64,000 bases of DNA from Rhizophagus irregularis (lineage: Eukaryota), in contig NC_089433.1 of NCBI RefSeq assembly GCF_026210795.1, forward strand, positions 124,001-188,000, in the 5' to 3' direction. Below, in pieces: positions 14,086 to 25,015 of this stretch (within the stretch, counting starts at the first letter, position 1; each line of letters starts with the position of its first letter). The notes beneath the pieces are model-generated. The model was not told the origin of the DNA and ran no database searches. It worked only from the letters and a program-made list of their open reading frames with translations. The position numbers were made by a program, and so were the translations under genes.

Positions 14086-15002
14086 TTTCGATAAATTGCG
14101 TAAAACAATAAATACAGTATATTATACTTGCAAGTATTTAGTTAGTAGAGATAATTAATATGTTGTTTAGTAAAGTTAAAATGATATGATAATTATAGTA
14201 TAATTATACTTCGCGTTCACTGGCAGTGAAAAACGCGTATTAAGCTTACATTACATAAAACACGTGATGCAATAAAATTTTTTTTTTAAATATTAATTAT
14301 AATATATGTATATATATACTTAAATTAAATGGTACAATGGTTAGGTCGTGAGATTTGACGTATTAATAGTGTAATTGAGGTAATCGGTTCGGTTCCTAAG
14401 GTGAGCAAAATAAATATAATTTAATTAATATATTATATATATAGTTGTGTTAATATACAGTGCGTTGAACAACAATGCATAATGTGTTGAACTACACATT
14501 AGAGTTGAATGACACGTATATTAACATTAAGCGTTGATATACTCCAGTATACGGGTGTTGATTAATATTGTAAAACATGTTGAACAACTAGCTGGTATTG
14601 ATCAATGCGTATACTGGTGTGAATCAACACTTTTCAAACTTGCTGATGATTTCTGAAATATTTATTTGATATATTAAATTTAGTAAATAATAAAGTAAAA
14701 TAATAAATCATATGATTTACACGTTAAATAATTCATATTATGTAATAATTTTTTTTTTATTTATTTTTTTTCTTTTGAAAAATAAATATGCATTTAAATT
14801 TTTTTCTATTTAGTAATTATTTTCATATATTACCATAATCATTAGAATATACATAATTCAAATAATATAATTATATAATACACTATTAAATACTAAATTA
14901 TTAATAAATAAATTGTAATTTTAATTATTTTATTATAATATACTCTGCTTTTTTTTCAAAAAAAAAACCTATTGTATTCAATTTATTTACTAATTATTAT
15001 TA

Positions 15003-15827
15003 CCCTATAAAAAGTATTTATATTTAAAATATAATTAAAAACTTTTTAAAATATATTTAAAATATACTTAAAATATATTTAATTTAAAAATTGCGAAATA
15101 CTTATAATATACTTAAAATGTATTTAAAATTATCTTAAAATATATTTCTAATATATTTAATTTTTGCCCAAATACTTAAAATATACTTAAATTATATTTA
15201 AATTAAAATTTAAGTATATTAGGCCAAAGAAATAAAATTATTCGTTTCTTATGAAAAAAAATTGCTAAATTTGACCCGGCCGCCCGGAAAAAAAATTTAT
15301 TTTCAAAAAAAAATTTAGCCGATTCCTAAAAGATGATTGGTTGATTTAATAAATTTTTTGCCCGGGTTACCGGGTGGAAAAAAAAATTATTTTTTTATGA
15401 TTATGATTGGTCAAAACCAAAATCACATGACCAAATAAAATAAATTTTTTTATCTTTTCGCAACATTTACATGACCCGCCCGGTCATGAGAAACAAATAA
15501 ATTTATTTACTTGGCCTTATAGATATATTTTTTACATACTTAAAATATTCTTATAATATATTTCATAATATATTTTAAGTATATTTTAAGTATGTAAAAA
15601 ATATACTTATAATAATCTTATAATATACTTAAATTTTAATTTAAATATAATTTAAATATATTTTAAGTATATGGGCAAAAATTAAATATATTAGACATAT
15701 ATTTTAAGATAATTTTAAGTATATTTTAGATATATTAAAAATATATTATAAGTATTTTGCAATTTTTAAATTAAGTATATTTTAAATATATTTTAAGTAT
15801 ATTTTAAGTATAATACTTTTTATAGGG
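15003..15827. mobile_element. AT-rich fold-back element with CCCTATAAAAAG termini
   Basis: CCCTATAAAAAGTAT ... ATACTTTTTATAGGG; long inverted arms of ATATACTTAAAAT/ATTTTAAGTATAT repeats; symmetry extends ~12 bp further out, so exact ends are uncertain; lies just beyond the hAT intron donor near 15861. Confidence 0.8.
15222..15516. mobile_element. PIF/Harbinger-like MITE, 295 bp, nested in the fold-back element
   Basis: TIRs GGCCAAAGAAATAAAATTATTCGTTTCTTATGA / GGCCAAGTAAATAAATTTATTTGTTTCTCATGA; 3-bp TSD TTA (15219-15221, 15517-15519). Confidence 0.85.
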
Positions 15828-16735
15828 TTATAATAATTATAGGTAATCTGATTCAAACTTACCAGTATAATACGGATGTAAAAAAAAGCACAATAAATAT
15901 ATTGGATCAGCAAATTCAGCGTAACAACGGTTAAAAACTGAAATGCACTGCTGGTGAAAAACCCGGTGATCATTATTAGATAATTTTTTAATCGCAGCTC
16001 CAAGTCTTGCAAGTCCAAAAAAACAATCAGCAAGAGTGCAAGACTGAGATTCTAACGCTGCAATTGATTGTTTAATAGGACGTAAAGTAAATGCTAATGC
16101 ACGTACATCATCAAAAAATGCACATGTTCGTAGAACTGACAATACTGCTGTTGAAAGAGTTTCAGGTTTTTCACATTTTAACTAAATAAAAAGGCAAAAA
16201 AAAAGAAATTATTTGTTAAATTAATAATTAAATGAATTCAGACAAATAATTTCTAAAAGCTTACATTTTCTAATGGTACTTTATGACGCATAATTGAATC
16301 AACACAATCATACATAGTATGCCATCTGGTATCTGCCCACTTTTTCAATCTACCTCCATTAATATCGCAGGCTTTAGCTTCTTCTTTTAATGCAAAACCT
16401 TTTTTTATTAAAAAAATTATAAATTAAATAAATAAATAAATTAAAAATTAAATTACCTCTTTGATGACTTTTTTTAAAATGTCACTATAGTATTACACTT
16501 TGTTAAAATCCGATTTGCAAATGAAGTAGAGCAAATATCCTTTGAAATCAGATTAATAGCATGCACATTAAAGATATTTTTATATTATTCTGTGATAATT
16601 TGTCGTGCATTTCGAATATTTGCTCCTGAATCTGTTACAATCGCTGAAAATTTTGCCAGACTAATTTCATCAATTATTTCTTCAATTGTTTTGGCTAAAA
16701 ATTCGCCGGTATGACTTTCACTTGATAGATCTTTA

Positions 16736-17340
16736 CAGAAACCTTGAATTTTTAAACAATACCGAATTGATATAATAATGATGTTAAATAAATATCGTGG
16801 TGATATTAATTTGCAAATGATATCATTATGATATCGCAATGATATCATTTCAATATTAATTCAATATATCAAAATGATATCGTAAAGATATTTGTTTGAA
16901 AAAATATCAGATCGATATCATTTCGATATTGTTATAACAACAATGAATTTTTTGAAAAATGGGAAGTAAATACGATATTAATATGATATCATTCCAACAT
17001 TAATTCAATATCAATATGATATCGTAAAGATATCACTTTATAATTATCTAATCGATATCATAATAATATTGACAAAATATCAAATCGATATCATTTCGAT
17101 ATTTCGATATTGTTATAACAATAATGAAAAATAGAAAGTAAATACGATATTAATATGATATCATTTTGATATTGTTATAACAATAATAATTTTTTTTTAA
17201 TAAATGCAATATCAATATAATATTATTTTAATATTAATTCAATATCAAAATAATATCAAAATGATATTATCTATAAATATTGAATTTACCTTTAAAAATA
17301 TCAAATCAATCAAATATCGTTAAATTCAATTTTATAATAT
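16736..17340. mobile_element. End of a further element truncating the hAT gene; GATATC-rich subterminal repeats
   Basis: hAT coding sequence stops abruptly at 16735; repeated ATCGATATCATTTCGATATTGTTATAACAA blocks follow; other end not identified. Confidence 0.6.
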
Positions 17341-17599
17341 TTTAATAATTTGTAATCTAATTTAAAAGTTAATTTCAATAGATTTAAGTTACCGGTTATT
17401 TATTACAATAACAATTTTAATTACAGATAAAGTATACATTAGTTTAAATATTATATAACAGATAAAAAAAAATATCAATAAATCTATAATAAACTAATTC
17501 AATAAATTAGAATTATGAGTTAAATTGGTGATGTAAGTCAAAACATTATGCCTTAATACTCCAGAATCATAACTCATCAACCCAAAGTTGAGGATTAAC

Positions 17600-18200
17600 C
17601 GGGTACCTTGCTTTAGATTCAGCGACACTGCCCAAGTTGGATGGGGTGTCACAAGTACGCTTTAAAAAGACTCGCTATGACTCTATTGCAAAAAGGATAA
17701 GTATATTTGAAAACACCAGACATAAATTCACCTCAGAAGTTTGGCGGGAAACCCCTGTAAACAACTGCAGTTTCATCATTACCAAAATCATTGAACTTAG
17801 GAATACAATGAAAAAGTTCATGAGAATGACGGTTTTAAAAAAAAAATACAAATATATTCTCAACTTTGACAATTCACCCTTATTCTTTGGCCTGGAATTC
17901 TCATATGACTGCATTATTGTTGTTTGTAATTTGATCTATTGAATCCACCATAAATTGCCTGGCAAAGCGAACTTTTATTAGATAACCATAGCTTCATCAA
18001 TAAACGTTGCAATGTGTTTGGATGAATGACATCCTGTTTAATAAATTTTAAATGGGCAAACGTGGACCTAAAACCCATTAAAGATAGGCTGCAAGAAGTG
18101 CAAAGCAACCTACCAATCCACGAGTGGGTCTAAGGATTAGGGAATAAAATATACGCCAAACACACACAAGTTGATATGGAGTTAAAGTCTTACAAACTAA
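17600..18200 (-). pseudogene. Degenerate coding-like sequence, product unknown
   Basis: Higher GC than flanks; consecutive broken reading frames (LCTSCSLSLMGF...; ...AVVYRGFPPNF*GEFMSGVFKYTYPF...); strand is tentative. Confidence 0.3.
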
Positions 18201-18945
18201 AAATTATTTTTGCCACTTAATTTTTCAATAATCAATGTTATAAAAAAGTTACTTATGACTTAAGCCTATTTAATTATATATAAAACGACACTTCAAACAA
18301 ACAGAGCTCATGATATATGAGAATATCCCATCATGCCTATTTTAACCCTTGATTAAAGGATTTTCGTTACGTTAATTATATAAGCTTTACGCCTATATAA
18401 CATAAGCTTACACCTATATAATTCAAGTCCGCCTTTTCCTATAACACACTATGCACGACGGCAAACGGTATAGGAGGCAGACTCTACTTTCAGAAAGAAA
18501 GTTTTTTTTTCAAAAAAAAAAACGTACAAATAAATAGCGGTTAAATAAAATGATGGTTGAATTGACTTTTTAGGAATTAATAGGTCTTATACGTGATACA
18601 CGATCATTTAATCAGATAATTTTATAAATTTGGTATTATACGAACTTGATCAACCAATAATTGTTTAGGTAATGCACGGATGAGTTCTTTATAGGTGGAT
18701 ATTACTCAAAATAGAGCTAAATTAACTTTACACAGTTTATACAGATAATTGATTACTTAATGGTAATAACACAACAAGTTAAAGAAATTCAAATATGATT
18801 GAATCTCAACAGATATTCAAAACTTTTAAAACTTTTTGTAATTTTTCGATTGAAGCTAATTATTATTAAAGTCTATACCATTAAAAGAATAATAATTAAA
18901 TAAACTAAGAAGAAATACTCAATAAAACTCAATTTTATTTTTTTA

Positions 18946-20283
18946 TTAAAATTTTATAAAATCATTTATTAATGATTCTTCTTCATCATATAATTTTATA
19001 AGAACGCACCTAAATCTATAATTTAATTTTATTAATATATTATTATCAAAAGCATAATGTGCAAAATAAATAAAATAACTTACTTGTTTTAGGGTATTTA
19101 CTATATCACTTCCACTTCGGGAAGGGATAATTAAATTTTTAGTCATGGTATCCAACTCCTTTATACCAGATAAGTTTTTACCGTCCCAAGAAACGTGGAC
19201 GGCTTCCTTAACAAACTCAACTAACGTATCAGTTCCTCCATTATTTGTTAATTCCAAAATATTGACAGCTGTGAGTTGACGGTTTAAAAGTTTTTGCATC
19301 ACGTTTTCATCAACGTATTCTTTAATTTCTTTTTGTGAAAGATTTCCAGTTGTACCCCTATAATTAATTAATTAATAATTATACAAATAGCACTATTTTG
19401 TTGACTATAAAACAATAAAATAAATAAATACCTGCTCTTTCTTATTTTTTTGTATTTTTCCACTAAATTTAGAATATTTTGGTTGAATTTATTTCAAAAG
19501 TCAATTAAAGACTTACGAGTTTTTTTCTAAATGGCTTCTAGCTTCACTAGTATAAATTTTAAACTGAAAAATTTTTACAACCAAATCATCGAGTGCTTCA
19601 CTACTCAGATTCCTCGTTCGTAAAAATAAGCACTTTACCGACTCATCCTAGAGTCGTATTTTATCCTAAAATATTATGAGATACATTATTTAAAGATTTA
19701 AACATAATAAATATTACCATATTATATTAATACTAACTTCAGTATTCTTTGAACTAATGACATAAGATGATTCATTCATCTCATTTGCTAATCGTAAAAT
19801 ATCTGGATTTTTTAGAAGCCAGTTACATATATCTAATTTTGTACAAAACTGAAACAGATCCAGAACTGTTTTAGCCACGCCTAACTTGTCATTATCATTA
19901 TAATCATCTTCTTCTTCTTTATCTTCTTCATCTTCTTTTTCACTTTTATTCTTTACATCATCTTCTACTATTACTTCTTTTTCTATATAATATATCATTT
20001 CAATTATTTCAATTAAAATTAATAGAATAATATCAAAGAGCTAAAGCCTATATAATTAATATTTACCTAATAATAATTGATTGGTTTCTTCAATATTTAT
20101 TTTTCTCCTCTTTTTCGGTAAAGTCCTTGGATTTTTTTTCGTTCCTATCATACATATTTTTGGTATTTTACTATTTATTTTCCTTACATATAAGCAAAAA
20201 ATATAATTATATTTACAAAAAGTTATATATATACCTGTTTCAACTTCTACTTGATTATTATAAACTGCTTTACGTTTAGACAT
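18946..20283 (-). pseudogene. Multi-exon hypothetical gene, probably transposon-borne, with stops
   Basis: MSKRKAVY... start; acidic stretch; DICNWLLKNPDILRLANEMN; VKCLFLRTRN; short GT-AG introns linking ORFs 20056-20283, 19714-19998 and 18946-19302; at least one in-frame TAG (~19649). Confidence 0.6.
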
Positions 20284-21409
20284 AATATAAAATATTAGTG
20301 AAAAAAAATATAGAAAAATTTGATTAAGAAAAATAAGCGAAAAAAAAGTAAAATAAATATGTTTACTGAATTAAAGTTCTTTATATTAATTTTGAAACTG
20401 GACATTCTCATCTCGCGAGATCACACATTCACACAGTACATAATGTATGTATTCCAATTTTATACTGTAATCAATTCTAAATTCTAATAACCGAGTTCTC
20501 ATATTTATATCGTGCTCCATCTCCTATTTTTTGATCTAATGTCTCATTTTTGAAGAATGTTATATAACAATAGAATTTATTATCTATTGTCAAAATATAA
20601 AATGACTATTATAAGATAAAAATAAATGTTATGAATTTCTGTTTAAAAAAATGAATGATGAAACAATAATGTTAAACTTTCTTTTACGATTAAGTACAGC
20701 CTTTTACAGCCATAATTGCTATATTATTCTGACACTGTATGACATATCAACTCGCATGGTCAAAGAAAAAATCAAAATTTAATGATATCGGTATTATTTA
20801 TGCTTCACAATTAAACATAAGTAAGGGTAGTTAATATTATAATATTAATATAATTGGCATGTATAAATGTAGTTAGATTATTATATCTAGCGAATTTAAT
20901 CGTTTTGAAACTCGTCAAACTCGAGTTGAATTTGAGTTTGAATTTGCGTTGATGAAATTGTTAATTTTTGTTAGATTTGACTTGATTAAATATGATTTAA
21001 TTTTACAATTAGAAAAAATAAATTAAACGATTAAAATTGTAAATAAAAAATAGTATAATAAATTCATAATATCTAGTGAAATAAATTAGTTTGTGTGAAC
21101 TAAGGTTGCCTGCCGAAACCTATTTGGCTTAATGCCGAAAGGAGAAACTCCACATATAATGCCATAACTGCGAAACTGCGAAATTGCGAAACTGCCAAAA
21201 CTTGCGAAACTGCCAAAACTTGCGAAACTGCCAAAATTTGCGAAACCTTTATAATGAGTTTATCCATAGTTTCGGCATAATAAATAATAATATTTTATAT
21301 GAATTTCGGCATAATTACAGCATTCCTAATATTTTATTTTTAATTTCAGTTTCTAATAAATTTACATGTAAATAAACAACGTTATAATATTCTAATAATA
21401 ATATTATTA

Positions 21410-22570
21410 TTGAAAAAATCCTAACAAATGTAACAGTCATGATTTTTTTTCTGGAAATTCTACATAAAAAAAAATAAATTAATTAAATTTATCAAAAAAA
21501 AAAAATAACGAAACCCTTCTCCCGGTACTTTACCTTGATTACAAAAGTCTGGTTATATTTTTTCATCTGACAATCCTACAAAAAGAAAAAAAAATCAATT
21601 AAATTTATTAAAAAAAAATGATGAAAACACCTTCTCTGACCCTCCCTCACCTTAATTTTAAGAGTCTGGTCATGTTTTTCATAAATTATGAAAAAATTAA
21701 CGAAAAACTTTCACTGGTCCTCCTTTACCTTAATTTATAAATCTGTACATGTTTTTCGTCCAGCAATACTACAAATAAGGTTGCTTGTCTAAACCTTTTC
21801 AAAATCCTACGATTAGTTTCGTCAAAATTTTACTATAGATTTATTATAGTTTTGGCAGAGTTTTGGCAGTTTCGGCATTTATAATAAGTTTCGGCAGTTT
21901 CGCTTTTCTCCAAAGTTTCGCCAGTTTTTTAATATAACTTTAATATAGTTTTGGCAGAATTTCGCTTTTCGGCGAAACGCCATCTTGCCTAAACCCCTAG
22001 GTTTCGGCAAGCAACCTTAACTACAAAAAGAAAAATAAACAAGAAATTTATTAAATAAAAAAACAACGAAAAACCTTCCTCAGCCCTCTCCTTTACCTAA
22101 ATCCCAAAGTCCGGTCATGTTTTTCATCCAGAAACACTACAAAAAAGAAAAAAATAAATAAGTTAAATTTATTAAATAAAAAAACAACGAAAAACCTTTC
22201 TTTAGCCCCTCTTTTACCTAAATTCTAAAGTCCGGTCATATTTTTCGTCCGGCAACACTACAAAAAAGAAAAAAATAAATTAGTTAAATTTATTAAAATA
22301 AAAAACAACGAAACCCTTTCCCTCAACCCTTTCTTACCTCATTTCCAAAGTCCGGTCATATTTTTCGTCTGGCAACCTTACAATAAAGAAAAAATAAATA
22401 AATTTATTAAAATGGACCCTTTTCCGGTCCTTTCTTACTTCAAAAAGTCTGGTCGTGCTTTTTGTCTGGCAATCCTACAAAACGAAAAATAAACTATTAC
22501 ATTTTTTAAATAAAAACTTCCTGTCCGGACCCTCCTTAGTTCTTTACCTCATAATTTTTGTCCGAAAACC
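21410..22570 (-). repeat. ~120-bp tandem array; unit = ~80-nt intron + ~40-nt exon on the minus strand
   Basis: About 8 units; example exon 22218-22257 and intron 22258-22337 (GTAAGA...ACTAAT...TTTTGTAG on minus). Confidence 0.85.
21776..22019 (+). mobile_element. hAT-type MITE (TAAGGTTGC family), 244 bp
   Basis: TAAGGTTGCTTG ... CAAGCAACCTTA; perfect 8-bp TSD ACTACAAA. Confidence 0.95.
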
Positions 22571-23288
22571 TCAATACAAGAAAAAAGAGATCATCAGATG
22601 ATTTGTACTATGCAATCTGTCTGATAATTTAACTTTCCTGTGCCGAATTGGCGTAAATCATTGAGAATTCGATAAATTTGGCAAATTTTGGCAATTACGT
22701 CTATATAAATTCAATATGGCTGAATACGGCATTGCGTCAAAAAAAAAATCCATGCCGAAATTAATCATAATTCATAATGTTGCCGAAACTAATATATGTA
22801 TATCATATGATGTACTATGCCAAAATAGTTACGGCAGCTTAGACAGTTTTGGCAGGTTTCAGCAGTTATGGCATTTCAATATTTTAGACCAATTTTGCGA
22901 AACTAGTTTTAGCAGTTTCACATACGCCATCCCGCTGAAACCTCCTAGTTTTGGCAAGCAACCTTAGTGTGAACTCAAATTGAACTCGAGTTGAACTCAT
23001 ATTTGACACGATTGAATTCGTTCGATATTTAGATAATAACTTATTATTTGTAATTGTCTGATATAAATATATTGCAAGGGCATCTTAATCTTATTACCTG
23101 CATATATTATTTTTAATTTTTAAATAAAAAAGAAATTTATTTTTGCAGATATCTTAAACATATTACTTGCATATATTATTTTGAATGTTAACTAAAATAA
23201 ACAGAATTTCAAACTAGAGAAAATATTTATAAGGGAAGTATACGTCTTTTTTTTTAAAAAAATAATCATTTCTCAACAAATTTTAATC

Positions 23289-23831
23289 ATGCCTATAGAA
23301 TGGACCTGTGCAGCTACTGACCATTTGATAAGACAAAAAAGGTAAAATAAAATATTTTTCTAGATGTCTTCTTTCTTTTATATTACTTACATTATTCTTT
23401 TATCTAATAATTCAATAAATAATATCATAATAATGTAAAGACATGATAATGAGCGCTACCATGATATAGATGGTAGAAGTAGGGTCTCCTTCTGGGAGAC
23501 AACTGCAAGATGACTCTACCAGGACCTACGATTTTGTTACTCTGCAAGACAGTGTGAGCAATGATTCTGAAATTTAATTTGGAATTTCAATGTTAGTAAA
23601 GCAATAATAAAATAAAGATAATAAAAAAAAATGTATTAACTGTGTTGATATTTTTAGGATTTTGTTGAGTGGATAAATGGAGGTCATCGGTCTGGGTGTG
23701 GGTGGAGCAAGCTCTCACCCACCTTCGAATCTATAACCTGTCGCAATTTTTCCATTCTGAAGCCTTTTAACAATTGTATAGGAGTGTGGTTAGTTTTTCC
23801 ACTCTATGACCCTTTTGGTTGCTATATTTGA
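23289..23831 (+). pseudogene. Myb/SANT-like (trihelix-type) DNA-binding protein pseudogene, 3 exons
   Basis: Spliced (introns 23342-23440, 23592-23657): MPIEWTCAATDHLIRQKRHDNERYH...SFWETTAR*LYQDL...SARQCEQ*F*NL; the W..W..QC spacing is typical of SANT-like domains; TGA at 23511, 23562 and 23568. Confidence 0.6.
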
Positions 23832-24029
23832 GGTCGAGGGTGTGGCTTATTTGCTGGCCTTTTAAGTTGTCAAAATGGTGTAAAAAATCGTATCAGATGG
23901 CACAATAAATTTGCGATCAATTTTGGCTGACATTATGCTTTAATTTCAGCAGAGCTTTTAGGCAGAATATCTTGGTTTCCAGTAATTAGATTCGTGTGAT
24001 CTTTAGCTTATTTGAGTAAAGATAGTTAT

Positions 24030-24136
24030 CAGTTCTAGAAGACCGCGGTCCTACGGTCTTACACCATAAAAAGACAGACTGATCTGTCTTAGTGTAAGAT
24101 CACGATCTTTCAGTTCTATATCACATATAATAAGAC
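24030..24136 (+). mobile_element. Probable 5' terminus of the second hAT element
   Basis: CAGTTCTAGAAGACCG start with AGACCG/CGGTCT subterminal repeats upstream of the BED-finger exon; partner end not found. Confidence 0.45.
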
Positions 24137-24433
24137 AGGACTCCGGATATCTAATATAAAGGTCATAATGGACTTTTGGCCAAAAACACCCCTTTTTGCT
24201 GAAACTCAAAAAATCGTTTTTTGTAAATATCTCAGCATCCAGTAATTCAATTTTAATGAACTTTTTTTTATTTTGTAGCCCTCATTTAGCTCTACAATTT
24301 AAAAAAAAGTTCATCAAAATTGGACCACTGGATGCCGAGATATTTACAAAAAACGATTTTTTGAGCCCCTGAAAAATGGGCCAATCTGCCGAAAGTGTGA
24401 CTTATGACCTGTTTTGGAGATATCCGGGGTCCT
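24137..24433. mobile_element. MITE with AGGAC(T/C)CCGGATATCT termini and central long hairpin, 297 bp
   Basis: TIRs AGGACTCCGGATATCTAATATAAAGGTCATAA / AGGACCCCGGATATCTCCAAAACAGGTCATAA, related to the 4003-5840 termini; internal inverted repeat 24206-24365; no TSD visible. Confidence 0.8.
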
Positions 24434-25015
24434 CATCATGCATTTACTATTATTGTATTAGTGACAATCATATGATCATTTTCGTTTAATCAAACACTTG
24501 GTAATCATAACCTTTTAGCTAAATATGAGTTAAGCATGATAAAACTAGTTGTATTTATACAAAAATGCATCATTGTGTTTAAACTTACACAGTAGTTAAA
24601 AAATTTTTCCCATCGCAATTTTTTTTTTTATTAAATTTTTTTTTTTTTTTGAATTATAGCTGAAGAGCAAGAACAAGAGGATAATTATAACTCTTTTCCA
24701 TATGAATCCTTTATAGAGGATCAAATTTTTATTGATTATGAGGATGAGGAATATAAAGAAAGATATAGTGAAATAACAATAGAAATGACTGAAAAAGGAA
24801 CTGAAATTACTGAAACTGAAACTGAAACTTCTAGTATTAGATCTAAAGAATTAAGACAAGCTCGAGTTTGGAAACATTTTGAAAAAAAGACAATTGAAAA
24901 AGATGATAAACAAACTGAAACTTATATTTTATGTCATATTTGTGAAGGCCATTTTTCTGCAAACAATTCTACTACAACTCTTGAACGTCATTTAAAAGCT
25001 AAACATTTTGATGTA

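Larger units (their letters stand above)
6499..14657. mobile_element. Degenerate autonomous-type Plavaka (CACTA/EnSpm-related) transposon, ~8.2 kb, with two divergent genes
   Basis: Left end CCCAGTAAATCATCAGCAAGTTT; right end AAACTTGCTGATGATTTCTG(AA), last bases degenerate; TCAACAC/GTGTTGA-type subterminal repeats at both ends; encloses the Plavaka transposase; TSD not readable. Confidence 0.75.
3916..16735 (-). pseudogene. hAT-family transposase pseudogene fragmented by nested insertions (pieces ~16735-16459, ~16398-16265, ~16180-15862, ~6498-5841, ~4002-3916)
   Basis: Motifs in order: KDLSSESHTGEFL...AIVTDSGANIRNAR; HAINLI; DTRW; LRPIKQSIAALESQ...LCFFLHPYY; dimerisation-like LFSITPHAAGCE; acidic tail rejoining in frame (DRVDIP|MNGNNENDDIEWD) once 4003-5840 and one TSD copy are removed; stops and frameshifts present; N-terminus not found. 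Confidence 0.85.
21101..22966. mobile_element. Non-autonomous hAT-type element, 1866 bp, carrying an intron/micro-exon array
   Basis: Termini TAAGGTTGCCTGCCGAAAC / GTTTTGGCAAGCAACCTTA; perfect 8-bp TSD GTGTGAAC; GCGAAACT/GCCAAAA subterminal repeats. Confidence 0.93.
20881..23031. mobile_element. Old short TIR element (~280 bp) split by the 21101-22966 insertion
   Basis: ATATCTAGCGAATTTAATCG at left versus CGATTGAATTCGTTCGATAT at right; AACTCGAGTTGAA repeats on both sides; TSD not clean. Confidence 0.5.

Noticed and set aside
21184..21375. ORF with RNCQNL repeats; similarly ORFs 3617..3871 and 22716..22967
   Set aside because: Translations of transposon subterminal repeats
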